This document shows positions 29,377 to 38,729 of a stretch of 52,026 nucleotides of DNA, one piece after another (positions within the stretch are counted from its first letter, which is position 1; every line of letters starts with the position of its first letter). This DNA is from Candidatus Campbellbacteria bacterium (GTDB lineage Bacteria > Patescibacteriota > Minisyncoccia > Phycocordibacterales > CSBR16-193). The notes under the pieces are model-generated. The model was not told the DNA's origin. It searched no databases and saw nothing but the letters and a program-made list of their open reading frames with translations. The position numbers and the translations under genes were made by a program. The stretch lies in assembly GCA_007125155.1 (NCBI GenBank), contig SLDR01000016.1, forward strand, positions 1 through 52,026. Direction: 5' to 3'.

Positions 29377-29549
29377 GGAGGTACGAAAATCGAAACAGTC
29401 CGGTGCCATACAAAAAAACAAACTTGGCGTGGCACCACCTTAGGGGGAGATCCCCAAACCTTAAAAGGAGGTGATGCCTGAGTAAATAAGTTTGTTTATG
29501 TTCGGCAAATGTGAATTGTGGTAAACCCGAGATCAAAAAAGGAGAAGTT

Positions 29550-30491
29550 ATGAAAAGAGTTTTAAGTTTCGCTTTCGCTTTAGTGATCGCCTTTCTTCTG
29601 GCAAACCCCGCCTCGGCCTGCACCGGACCTTATTGCTCCGGTTGGTTTAATTTGGAATCGGAAGCACGTCAAGGCGTCGATGACAAAAGCTTCAGGGGTT
29701 GGAAGAACCATGGAACCATGGGATCCTATGATGCCGAAGGTTACGGCCACTCCGCCTTGAGCGGTTGGGGAGGTGACATTGAAGGTCATACGGAAGCCCT
29801 GGGCGGTGCACTCGGTAAGACCGAGAGCTACAAGTTCGATCCAGAGATCGGAGATACGAGCTTCGGTATAGGTTCGGTAAGCCAAGCGGAAGCTATCTCC
29901 GGGGCAGGATTGGAAGGAGAGATCGAAGGGAAAGGACACCTTTCCGGCTCCATAAGTGGCGGAATTGATATGAAAACCGGTGCCAATTCTTGGTACGGTG
30001 GCAACTGGAAAGATCCGGACACCCGCGGATTCGCACATCAAGGAGCCTGCGGGAGTTTCCAGGGTGCCCATAAAAGTGGAGCCGATCAAGGCTACAGCGC
30101 ATACATCAATGCGCGAGGGCTTAGCTACTCGGAATCCTACGGATATGAAATAACCCATGAGGGATTAACCACCGTAGGTAAGGGTACCAATGTCGGGACA
30201 CAAACCGCACTGGAAAGCGGTGTAGACAATATGCACCACGAAACACCGGTCGTGACCGGCGGATGGGAAACTTCCGGTATGGCGGGAACCGAAACACATC
30301 AAACTCATCATTCCGGATTCGCCACAGCCAAAGCACTCGGAGCTTATTCATGCTCAGGTCACCTCGGACAAGGATTCGAGGGAATGGTAGACGGCTACAG
30401 CCACACCTCGGTAACGACCGTGGACGGCTGGAATGGCTCGATCAACAGAGCCGAGTCTGGAATGAAAGTGGAGAGCAAGCTGATTCCTTAA
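29550..30491 (+). CDS. Secreted Gly/Ser/Thr-rich beta-repeat protein
   Basis: Signal peptide MKRVLSFAFALVIAFLLANPASA; AAGGAG Shine-Dalgarno; three degenerate internal repeats. Confidence 0.75.
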   Translation: MKRVLSFAFALVIAFLLANPASACTGPYCSGWFNLESEARQGVDDKSFRGWKNHGTMGSYDAEGYGHSALSGWGGDIEGHTEALGGALGKTESYKFDPEIGDTSFGIGSVSQAEAISGAGLEGEIEGKGHLSGSISGGIDMKTGANSWYGGNWKDPDTRGFAHQGACGSFQGAHKSGADQGYSAYINARGLSYSESYGYEITHEGLTTVGKGTNVGTQTALESGVDNMHHETPVVTGGWETSGMAGTETHQTHHSGFATAKALGAYSCSGHLGQGFEGMVDGYSHTSVTTVDGWNGSINRAESGMKVESKLIP

Positions 30492-30546
30492 CAAATCGGG
30501 ATGGGCTTGGGCGATCAGGTCCATCCCATCTCAAGAAGGAGGTAAT

Positions 30547-31458
30547 ATGAGAAAAATGAGATGGTCCCTGATCGCCATGATAATGGCATTATTGATCCCT
30601 CTTAAAATGGAACCTGCCGAAGCGCAGGAGACATCAGCCGAAGCACACACGGAGGCCCACCAGTATTTCTCTCCGACCTTTGAAGGATCGGAGCAGAAAA
30701 GGAACTACCCCGCTGGAATGTTGCCCGGATTTCCAATGTTGCCGGGTTACTTTTCTCAACCTCTAATGACCCATGAGTTCTCATCTTTATCTCTATTCTC
30801 TGAGATGAAGATGGAATGGACTCGAGAAGACATAATTAACTGGTCCGAAGCATCGGACCGCAGGAACGTAAATCTGAGTGCAAGAAGCACTCTGAAAGGT
30901 CTCGGAAGTTCCGACCGTCTAAAGTTGGTGATGGAGAGACCGCAAGCCTATGAGTTTATCGGCATGTTGGTAGCGAACGCGACCAGGGCCGAAACTCCAT
31001 CAGAGGCGGTGTTCTCCGTCCTGGCGGAAGAAGCCCTCCTTCACGGTGCCAACATAATGGTACCGATGAACGAAGGTGCTCGCCGAGTGCTCGAGGCTTC
31101 CGGTTGGGGAGTTTCACTCGGGGCGACATGGGTCCAGATAGGTGGAGGCGACGAGAGAGGTGCCGGGGTCGGTACCGCCGGTATCGGCTACGCCCGGGGG
31201 CAGAGCTCGCATCGACACGAACCGTTTGCCCGTGTCATGATCGCCAGAATATCCCCCGAGCAATACGCCCGACTGGGTGCTCCGGAACCGGAAAAGGTCA
31301 GAGATGAAATAGGACTTCCCGAAGCCGAACTGCTTATGGAGAACAATGAGCTTCTCCGTAAAATGATCGAGCAGAGGGACTACGAGATAAAACAGCGGGA
31401 GAGGATGTTGCATGACCTGCAACGAAAAACCCCTCCGCCCGTTCCTGGTAAAGGCTGA
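30547..31458 (+). CDS. Secreted hypothetical protein with a YbjQ-like core, Gly-rich beta-hairpin and C-terminal coiled coil
   Basis: Signal peptide ending AEA; AGGAGGT Shine-Dalgarno; YEFIG...AEEALLHGANIMV; fold assignment tentative. Confidence 0.65.
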   Translation: MRKMRWSLIAMIMALLIPLKMEPAEAQETSAEAHTEAHQYFSPTFEGSEQKRNYPAGMLPGFPMLPGYFSQPLMTHEFSSLSLFSEMKMEWTREDIINWSEASDRRNVNLSARSTLKGLGSSDRLKLVMERPQAYEFIGMLVANATRAETPSEAVFSVLAEEALLHGANIMVPMNEGARRVLEASGWGVSLGATWVQIGGGDERGAGVGTAGIGYARGQSSHRHEPFARVMIARISPEQYARLGAPEPEKVRDEIGLPEAELLMENNELLRKMIEQRDYEIKQRERMLHDLQRKTPPPVPGKG

Positions 31459-31489
31459 TAAAGTTTCATGAATACTGTACATTAAAAAA

Positions 31490-31524
31490 CAAAGAGGTTG
31501 ACTCGGCCGAGTCAACCTCTTTTT
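31490..31524. terminator. Terminator closing the cassette
   Basis: AAAGAGGTTGACTCGGCCGAGTCAACCTCTTTTT, a perfect palindrome with a T run. Confidence 0.85.
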
Positions 31525-31667
31525 CTTTTTCCGACTTGAATTTCAAATTAACAGAGGGCGGATGCTTCTAAATTTTGAAATTAATACAAGATCACCCTCT
31601 GTCAACCAATGCTCGTCGAAGAGCTCGAGTGGTAGAACTTATCAGGATGAATAGAGATGAACGAAAG

Positions 31668-33356
31668 TCAGACGACATCTACTATCCGCAAGCGAAGCTC
31701 GGCTCTTCCTTTAAAATACGAACGTTCCATCGTTGCAATAAGATCGGCTCGATCACCCTCGACGGGCTTCTTATCCAAGCTCTCCGTCGACATAAAAAAA
31801 CCTATCGCCCTGATATCTTCTCTCTCGGAATTTTCAAAAACGATCTCGAGATGTTCTTTCTGTCTTCCGAAAGTTCTAACGCTTTTGAAGGATACGTTTT
31901 TAAATTTAAAGACCGGTTTCGGATTACCGACACCGAAAGGAGCGAACCTTTCCACTCTCTCGTAAAGAGTGTCGGTAACGTCATCAAGAGAAATTATCGC
32001 ATCAACTTCCACCGGCAATTCCGTCACGCTGATCCCGTTCTTAGCGTAAGCAATGTTGAGTGTTTCTCGCAGTGAGTGTATGCTCTCAAAGTTAACCGAA
32101 AACCCGCCGGCAAAACGGTGCCCCCCGAATTGCTCAAATGCACCATCGACTGAACCCATCAACTCCAAAAGATCCACACCTCCGCACGAACGACAGGACC
32201 CTTTGATCACCCTCGACCCGTCCCTTCCCCAGAGGAAGACGGGTTTGGAGTATTCTTGCGCCAGAGAGTTGGCGACCAATCCAAGGAGGGACGGTCTCCA
32301 GTTGGGATTGCCTGCAACGATCACATCATGCTCGACTAAAATTGACCTGCTACTTTTGATCTCTCTAACCAACGAAGCCACCACTCCTTTACGTTCATTG
32401 TTGACTCTCTCCAGCCCTTTGACCGCCTCCCCGGCCTCCGTCTCATCGCAAGTTGAAAGAAGAATGAACGCATCCCTTACATCCCCCATTCGGGAGGCGG
32501 CATTAAGCCGGGGGCCTATCATGAAACTGACATCATCTTCCGTGATGTTTCTCTGAGAGAGGTTAAGTTTACGACACAGTTTTGATATGCCGACCCTGGA
32601 AGATTTTCTTAAAACCAAAAGTCCATAGAAGGCCAGAGCGCGGTTCTCTCCGATAAGAGGTACCGAGTCCGATATCGTCGCAATCCCCACCAGATCCAAA
32701 AGCCATTTTTCATGACCTTCAAGTATCCCGAAACGTTCACGTGAAAGCAGACCCTGGATCAATTTGAAAACAACACCCGCACCACACAGATCCTTGTAAG
32801 GATACGAACAGTCTTTGCGCTTGGGGTCGACAACGGCAACGACACCCGGAATACCATTGACCGGCTCATGATGGTCGGTCACTATCACATCGATCCCTCG
32901 ATCTTCGGCTCCCTCCAGGACCTCCGCATCGGCGATACCGCAATCAACCGTGATCATTAAAGAAACCCCGTCTTCGGCCAGGATCTCGATAGCATCCGTG
33001 CTCACCCCGAAACCTTCCTCATGTCGGTGTGGGATGTAAAACGTTACGTTGTCATAACCGGCCCGAGAAAATAGATCCTTCAAGCAGACGCTGGCACAGA
33101 GGCCGTCGGCGTCAAAGTCGCCGAAAACGGCTATTCTCTCACCTTTTTCCATTGCTTTCAAAATACGTGAAACGGCTTTATCCATGTCGGTCATCAGAAA
33201 TGGATCATGAACATCTCTCTCGTAAGAGACCTTCAAAAAACGCTCCGCCTCCGTTTCATCTTTTACCGACCTTTGGTAAAGAAGGATCCGCTCAAGGTCC
33301 GGGTACTTCGCAAGATATCTCTTTGGAGGCGCCTTCTTCAAGAGATATTTTTTCAT
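31668..33356 (-). CDS. recJ: ssDNA exonuclease RecJ
   Basis: DFDADG, TVDCG, DHH, PRLNAASR, GSCRS, GGH and PFGVGNPKP motifs. Confidence 0.96.
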   Translation of the reverse strand: MKKYLLKKAPPKRYLAKYPDLERILLYQRSVKDETEAERFLKVSYERDVHDPFLMTDMDKAVSRILKAMEKGERIAVFGDFDADGLCASVCLKDLFSRAGYDNVTFYIPHRHEEGFGVSTDAIEILAEDGVSLMITVDCGIADAEVLEGAEDRGIDVIVTDHHEPVNGIPGVVAVVDPKRKDCSYPYKDLCGAGVVFKLIQGLLSRERFGILEGHEKWLLDLVGIATISDSVPLIGENRALAFYGLLVLRKSSRVGISKLCRKLNLSQRNITEDDVSFMIGPRLNAASRMGDVRDAFILLSTCDETEAGEAVKGLERVNNERKGVVASLVREIKSSRSILVEHDVIVAGNPNWRPSLLGLVANSLAQEYSKPVFLWGRDGSRVIKGSCRSCGGVDLLELMGSVDGAFEQFGGHRFAGGFSVNFESIHSLRETLNIAYAKNGISVTELPVEVDAIISLDDVTDTLYERVERFAPFGVGNPKPVFKFKNVSFKSVRTFGRQKEHLEIVFENSEREDIRAIGFFMSTESLDKKPVEGDRADLIATMERSYFKGRAELRLRIVDVV

Positions 33357-33398
33357 AGTGGATATGTTAACATATAAAGAAAGAAGCTGATAAAGATC

Positions 33399-33830
33399 AT
33401 GAAAAGAGATGAAAAAAAGGAAGAGTGCATCTTCTGTAAAATAGTGAAAAAAGAGATACCCTCCGCGGAGGTTTATGAAGATGAACTCGTCAAAGCTTTC
33501 TTAGACATCAACCCGGTAACTTACGGCCACACCCTCCTCATAACCAAAGACCACTTCCCGCTGATGACCGACGTTCCCGACGAGGTGGTCTCTCACGCTT
33601 TCAAGGTGGCGAAGCGCTTGATGAAGAACATAAAAAAAGCGTACAAAGCAGACTTCGTCACACTGGCGGTCGTCGGAATAGACGTGTGCCATTTCCACAT
33701 TCATCTCATACCCAGAAAACGTTCTGACGGCATTCCGATCTTCTGGCCGACGGGTGAATACGAAGAAGGGGAGATGGAAAGAGAGGCTGAAAGGATACGT
33801 TCCCATATTTCCAAAGACTTAAAAGTGTAA
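33399..33830 (+). CDS. HIT family hydrolase
   Basis: CIFCKI, GHTL and HFHIHLIPR motifs. Confidence 0.93.
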   Translation: MKRDEKKEECIFCKIVKKEIPSAEVYEDELVKAFLDINPVTYGHTLLITKDHFPLMTDVPDEVVSHAFKVAKRLMKNIKKAYKADFVTLAVVGIDVCHFHIHLIPRKRSDGIPIFWPTGEYEEGEMEREAERIRSHISKDLKV

Positions 33831-33859
33831 CGCCAGACAAAGGTGGTCCGAGCATATCT

Positions 33860-35008
33860 CTAAGACCGGTCTTTCTGTGACTTCCTCAATGCATCTATAC
33901 CGGGCAAGGTCTCATTTACCAGAAAGTCCAACATCGCTCCTCCTCCGGTAGATATGAAAGAGAAACGGTCGTCCGGGCCCGGATCACCGACCGCTGCGAT
34001 CGTGTCACCTCCGCCTACTATTGAATAACATTTCGAGCGAGAGACCTCCTCCGCGACCGCATGAGTGTAACGAGTGAATCCTTTTTCAATATTACCCATC
34101 GGTCCGTTCCATACCACCAGTTGCGCTGAAGATATTTTTTCCATCAAGATCTTCATGGTCTCAGGTCCGATATCTACAATGTTGTCCGATCCCGAAACAC
34201 CGCTCGCCTCAACCACCACGGAAGCACCTCCCTCGTTCTCAACAACGACATCAACAGGAAGAAAGAGATTCTTCTTCTCTATAAGACCACTGAGATCAAC
34301 TCCCTCATCGAAAGCCGACACTCCTATCTCCCATCCTTTTTCTTTAAAGAAAGAATTGGCGAGAGCGCCTCCCACGAAAACAACATCCGATCTTAAAATG
34401 AACTTCTCTATAAGAGGAGCTTTGGTCTTGAACTTTAAACCTCCAAGAATAAAAACAAAAGGTCTCTCCGGCGAAAACGAGAAAGAAAGTTCTCTTATCT
34501 CTTTTTCAAAACAAAAGCCGGCAAAAGACGGCAGGTGACGAGGGATTCCCACGACGGAAGCATGCGCTCTATGCGAGACCGAAAACGCTTCGTTGACGTA
34601 AACATCCGCCAAAGAGGCGAGAGCTCGGGCGAAGTGTTCATCGTTCTCCTTCTCGTAAGGGAGAGATCTCAGGTTCTCCAAAAAAAGCACCTCTCCGTTC
34701 TTCAGGACATCAACATGTCCACGGACGTGTTCCGGTTCACAACTTTTAATAAAACTGGTCGGAAAAAGTTTTTTATAGTATTCGGCGACCGCCTCGATGC
34801 TCGCCTCGGGCGAAGGCTCCATGTGTCCGACGGCAACGACTCTCGCGCCTCTCTCCAACAAGAACTCGAATGTCGGCAACACCGCACGAAGTCGAAAATC
34901 ACTTTTAACACTTCCTTCCTCAAGGGAAACATTCGTATCAATACGAACAAGGAATGTCTTCCCCTTAACGTCCGCGTCTTTGATATCAGATAATGATGAT
35001 ACTGTCAT
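33860..35008 (-). CDS. pgk: Phosphoglycerate kinase
   Basis: LENLR, HRAHAS, WNGPMG, GGGDT and STGGGA motifs. Confidence 0.96.
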   Translation of the reverse strand: MTVSSLSDIKDADVKGKTFLVRIDTNVSLEEGSVKSDFRLRAVLPTFEFLLERGARVVAVGHMEPSPEASIEAVAEYYKKLFPTSFIKSCEPEHVRGHVDVLKNGEVLFLENLRSLPYEKENDEHFARALASLADVYVNEAFSVSHRAHASVVGIPRHLPSFAGFCFEKEIRELSFSFSPERPFVFILGGLKFKTKAPLIEKFILRSDVVFVGGALANSFFKEKGWEIGVSAFDEGVDLSGLIEKKNLFLPVDVVVENEGGASVVVEASGVSGSDNIVDIGPETMKILMEKISSAQLVVWNGPMGNIEKGFTRYTHAVAEEVSRSKCYSIVGGGDTIAAVGDPGPDDRFSFISTGGGAMLDFLVNETLPGIDALRKSQKDRS

Positions 35009-35014
35009 AAATTT

Positions 35015-35785
35015 TTACAGGTTATCGGCAAGTTCTATAATTTTTGAAAAACTTTTCGGATCAAGACTTTCTCTTCCTATCAAGAGACCGTCGGCGTTCC
35101 CTTCCCCGAGTATTCCTTCGGCGTTGGAGGGTGAAACGGAACCGCCGTAAATTATCGGAACCGAAAAACCCCTCTCTTTCCCGTACTTGCGAGAAAGAAA
35201 ACGCTTTATCAAAATCACGATCTCGTAAAGAGAATGGCCGGTGATCGCATCGTCCTCATTTTTGCCTATTGCCCACACCGGCTCATAAGCGATCACCACT
35301 CGATCCAACTCCGCCGAAACAACATCACTAAAAACAGTATCCAGTTGAGACTCCAGAAAGTTCAGATATCTTCCATCCCCGTCCCTTTCGCTCTCGCCCA
35401 CACAAACGATCGGCCTTAAACCGTTGCTTAAAAGGGCTTTGATCTTTTTTGATACAAGTCCGTCATCTTCTCCCAATGTTCTTCGCTCCGAATGTCCGAG
35501 TATCACGTACTCGACCTTCATATCTACAAGCTGAGTGGGTGATATCTCTCCGGTAAAAGAACCTCTTTCTTTCCAGAAACAGTTCTGAGCTCCGATGCTC
35601 AAACTTTTAGGCAACCTTCCCGTGTACATCGCGTTCAAATAGACAAAGGGAGGACATATGATGATCTTCGATCTTCTTCTTTGAGAGGCCTTTTTTATTT
35701 CACCAAAGATCTTTTTCGCGTCCTTTTTATTTTCAGGATTCATCTTCCAGTTACCGATGATGTAATATTTCTTGTCTTTGTTCAT
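35015..35785 (-). CDS. tpiA: Triosephosphate isomerase
   Basis: GNWKMN, GHSERR, AYEPVWAIG and YGGSV; start placed at ATG 35785. Confidence 0.96.
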   Translation of the reverse strand: MNKDKKYYIIGNWKMNPENKKDAKKIFGEIKKASQRRRSKIIICPPFVYLNAMYTGRLPKSLSIGAQNCFWKERGSFTGEISPTQLVDMKVEYVILGHSERRTLGEDDGLVSKKIKALLSNGLRPIVCVGESERDGDGRYLNFLESQLDTVFSDVVSAELDRVVIAYEPVWAIGKNEDDAITGHSLYEIVILIKRFLSRKYGKERGFSVPIIYGGSVSPSNAEGILGEGNADGLLIGRESLDPKSFSKIIELADNL

Positions 35786-35829
35786 GCTTTCATTTTTAGT
35801 TTGTAATTCGATCTCGGCGGACCGGGTCC

Positions 35830-37164
35830 TTACTCTACCTCCTTCCAAGTAAAAATACTATAGCCTCCACCGGGTCCGGTCGAGAAAAACGCATCAGCCA
35901 GCCCTCCTTCATACGTAACAACCGCATTGTCCTGCAACCTTACCCCGTATCCGGTTATTGATTTGAGATCAACTCCGTCCCTTAGAACAACAAACCCTCT
36001 CGATGTGTAAACAACATCTATATCCGCATCGTCGCCGATAATTATGGCGTCCCCGTCAAAAGTGGAAAGGAGTAGCAAGTAACTGCGACCATGGCTTGTC
36101 CCCCTTGCCGTCGCGCCGTCCCGCAGATCTATTACTCCGTCGCCGATGATCACACCGCTCGTAAATCCAAAGGTTCCGTCATCCAAAGATAATTCGGCCT
36201 GATTGCTCATTTCAACATTACCTGTGACCCAAACGGTGCCGGTGACCTTAAGTTTTGCATGTCCCGATAGTATCAGGTCGCCTTCTATCTTGGCGGGGCC
36301 CAGCGATTCCTCGCCCGCAGTCAAAACATAGTCTCCGGAAACAACCATACTTTCCTCGGCAAAATTTTTCCATCTCTCTATCTCTTCTTCCGATATCGGA
36401 AGATCGCCCTTCTCCGTCGGTTCGGTATTCGGATGCATATCGCCCGACACGGTCGTGTTTATTATTTCCCGGTAAAAAGCATTCCCCTCAACATGAGAAC
36501 CTTCTATGATGTCGGACTTCGCGTCGACATGTACATTTATATTATTTATCAAACCTTCGGGTCCGGCCGAAATAGCCGAACCCTCTATTTGTTTCTTGGG
36601 TCCGGATCCGCCGCTGATCGGCCCGTTGGAGAAGACGTTACCGATAACCTTGGCGTTTGGGTTCACTATGTTAAGCCCCCCATCGCCTGCGTGGACTCCG
36701 TAGTTGAACGCCATCCCATCTCCCAGTATCAGCCTAGTTTCCAGGTTTCTTATAATGTTTCCGGGCATCACACCTTGGGTTCTGATGTTTATCTCTTCTG
36801 CAATACCGATCCCGCCACCTTCAAGAACAAAGATCCGAACCTCTCCCGCTCCGACAGCAGTCGTTTCTTCCTCTTCCACCTCCGTTCCTTTTTTAAATCT
36901 ATAAACAACATCCTCCATTCCACTTTCCGCAACGGCAAAAGCTTCGAGTGAAGAGTGAAGTGATCTTGAACTTTTAAGGTGAGATAACGTCGGAGCCAAC
37001 AGGGCAAGTATCATGGACATGGAAATGAAAACAAAGAAAAGTACGGCTATCAGGACCGCCTGGCCTTTTTCCTTGGATCTTCTTTTTTCAGACGATCTCT
37101 CGTACCAAAAAAAGATCTCTCCCGGACTTTTCTTTGTATTTTTAAAAATCTTTGTGATTCTCAT
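35830..37164 (-). CDS. PilX-like minor pilin with a large beta-rich C-terminal domain
   Basis: KG^QAVLIAVLFF prepilin-like segment and AFAVAESG; within the pilus locus. Confidence 0.75.
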   Translation of the reverse strand: MRITKIFKNTKKSPGEIFFWYERSSEKRRSKEKGQAVLIAVLFFVFISMSMILALLAPTLSHLKSSRSLHSSLEAFAVAESGMEDVVYRFKKGTEVEEEETTAVGAGEVRIFVLEGGGIGIAEEINIRTQGVMPGNIIRNLETRLILGDGMAFNYGVHAGDGGLNIVNPNAKVIGNVFSNGPISGGSGPKKQIEGSAISAGPEGLINNINVHVDAKSDIIEGSHVEGNAFYREIINTTVSGDMHPNTEPTEKGDLPISEEEIERWKNFAEESMVVSGDYVLTAGEESLGPAKIEGDLILSGHAKLKVTGTVWVTGNVEMSNQAELSLDDGTFGFTSGVIIGDGVIDLRDGATARGTSHGRSYLLLLSTFDGDAIIIGDDADIDVVYTSRGFVVLRDGVDLKSITGYGVRLQDNAVVTYEGGLADAFFSTGPGGGYSIFTWKEVE

Positions 37165-37687
37165 ACGATCCTCTTAATATCGCCGTGGTAAAAAATCTTT
37201 GCTCCACTGACCCGTCACTGTATGGATGCTCAAGAACCACCTCGACCCTTATCGATTCGATTCCGCCCGATTCGATCTCTGTAATAATGAATTCCCGGAC
37301 TTCGGTATTTTTGTGGGTCAACCGGTGGGTCAGTCCCTCTTTTTCAATATACAAAGAGCCGTTATCGGTATAAAACCTTATACCTCCGAAAACACTCTCG
37401 TTGTTGAGTACCAAAACGCTTTCAGACTCATCAAAAACGGACCCGGCTCTGCATATCGAATCGCTTAAACGAACCTCTCTTAAAAATCTATCAAGAGAAA
37501 TAACCGCCGACCTTTCCAGGGCTTTACCTGCGACCACTCTTTCCTGAACCTGCGCCATCATTATCAAACTTCCGATAAGAATTAACAGAACCACCGTCAA
37601 TATCGACAGATAGACCAAGACCTCTGCAAGAGAAAATCCCTTTTCCATTTCCATTTTTCGCTTCTCGGATCCGGATCTTCTTTTCAT
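37142..37687 (-). CDS. Type IV minor pilin (PilW-like)
   Basis: KG^FSLAEVL N-methylation motif. Confidence 0.85.
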   Translation of the reverse strand: MKRRSGSEKRKMEMEKGFSLAEVLVYLSILTVVLLILIGSLIMMAQVQERVVAGKALERSAVISLDRFLREVRLSDSICRAGSVFDESESVLVLNNESVFGGIRFYTDNGSLYIEKEGLTHRLTHKNTEVREFIITEIESGGIESIRVEVVLEHPYSDGSVEQRFFTTAILRGSYENHKDF

Positions 37688-37689
37688 GA

Positions 37690-38205
37690 TTATTCAAAAA
37701 TATTGGTCACATAAGCCGACATCTCCGCCTTGCTTCGACCCATCAACCCGTCCCAGGTTACTTCCACATTTACCAAACGTGTACCCGGGTCCAAGATCCC
37801 TTCTTCCGCTATTCTATTGTTCTCGTCCCGCCTTACTTCCTCCAGGCGCATCTTTCTGATAAAAGTACCGTCCGTTATCTGCTCGGTGGTGGTGGCCCGC
37901 CATTCATTCTCACTAACATAAAGAAAAAAGGGAACCCCGCACTCGATCTCTTCTATCCCCGAAAACCACCCCCTGCCTCTTATGCTTTTAACCGCCTCTA
38001 TTCCTTCTTCGGCCAAAAAAACAGCGGCGGTGTGCTTGGGTCCCGCTGTCGCGATCTGAAGATGGAACATCAAAGCCAGAACCAACAGACCTATAAAAGA
38101 AGACATTATGGCCACCGCAAAAAGTATCTCGACCATTGTTATCCCACGGTCTTTTTTTAAGTAGTTCTTTTTAAATAAATGAAGATTTTTTTTCAATAAA
38201 TACAT
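37690..38205 (-). CDS. Type IV minor pilin (PilV-like)
   Basis: RG^ITMVEIL; AVFLAEEGIE. Confidence 0.85.
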   Translation of the reverse strand: MYLLKKNLHLFKKNYLKKDRGITMVEILFAVAIMSSFIGLLVLALMFHLQIATAGPKHTAAVFLAEEGIEAVKSIRGRGWFSGIEEIECGVPFFLYVSENEWRATTTEQITDGTFIRKMRLEEVRRDENNRIAEEGILDPGTRLVNVEVTWDGLMGRSKAEMSAYVTNIFE

Positions 38206-38215
38206 GCTGTGAAAA

Positions 38216-38692
38216 CTATTCCACGAACCCGCTTGAAAGAAGATCTATAATGATGTCCCTTCCGAAGCCCGAAAGGATTATCTCACCTGAAACATCAGGT
38301 TCGCCGAAGAGCCTTTGAAACACCACCTCGTTATTCCCATTAAGACCTTCAACGGAGATCGAAACAGAAGGATCGAGGTCATGATCTTTAATACTTTCGT
38401 GTCTTTCTTCCCAGGAATCACCTCGAAAAAGCTCCACCGATCCTTCTTCAAAACGGACTCCGTAAGATGATGCATGGTGGGATCCTTGAGTATATATCCT
38501 GGCCTCTTCGAGATACGCCCTGACCTCGGCCGCATCCCTTTCCAAGGCTCTGTAACGATTCAAGTTAAAAAAAACCGACAGCAGTAAAGAGGAAATGATC
38601 CCCAGAATTGCCAACACCATGAGTATCTCCGCCAATGTGAAACCTCTTGTGTCCCCGATCAAAAATAGGGTTTTTTTATCTAAATGATCCAT
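38216..38692 (-). CDS. Type IV minor pilin (FimT/GspH-like)
   Basis: RG^FTLAEIL N-methylation motif. Confidence 0.85.
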   Translation of the reverse strand: MDHLDKKTLFLIGDTRGFTLAEILMVLAILGIISSLLLSVFFNLNRYRALERDAAEVRAYLEEARIYTQGSHHASSYGVRFEEGSVELFRGDSWEERHESIKDHDLDPSVSISVEGLNGNNEVVFQRLFGEPDVSGEIILSGFGRDIIIDLLSSGFVE

Positions 38693-38729
38693 ACACGTTT
38701 TTCGGTATATATTTTGTACTTACTATTTT

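Noticed and set aside
29580-30158. 192-aa antisense ORF within the cassette
   Set aside because: Shadow of the Gly-rich gene, which has the Shine-Dalgarno site and signal peptide
31575-32556. Plus-strand ORFs of 166 and 167 aa
   Set aside because: Antisense to a well-supported recJ and show no motifs
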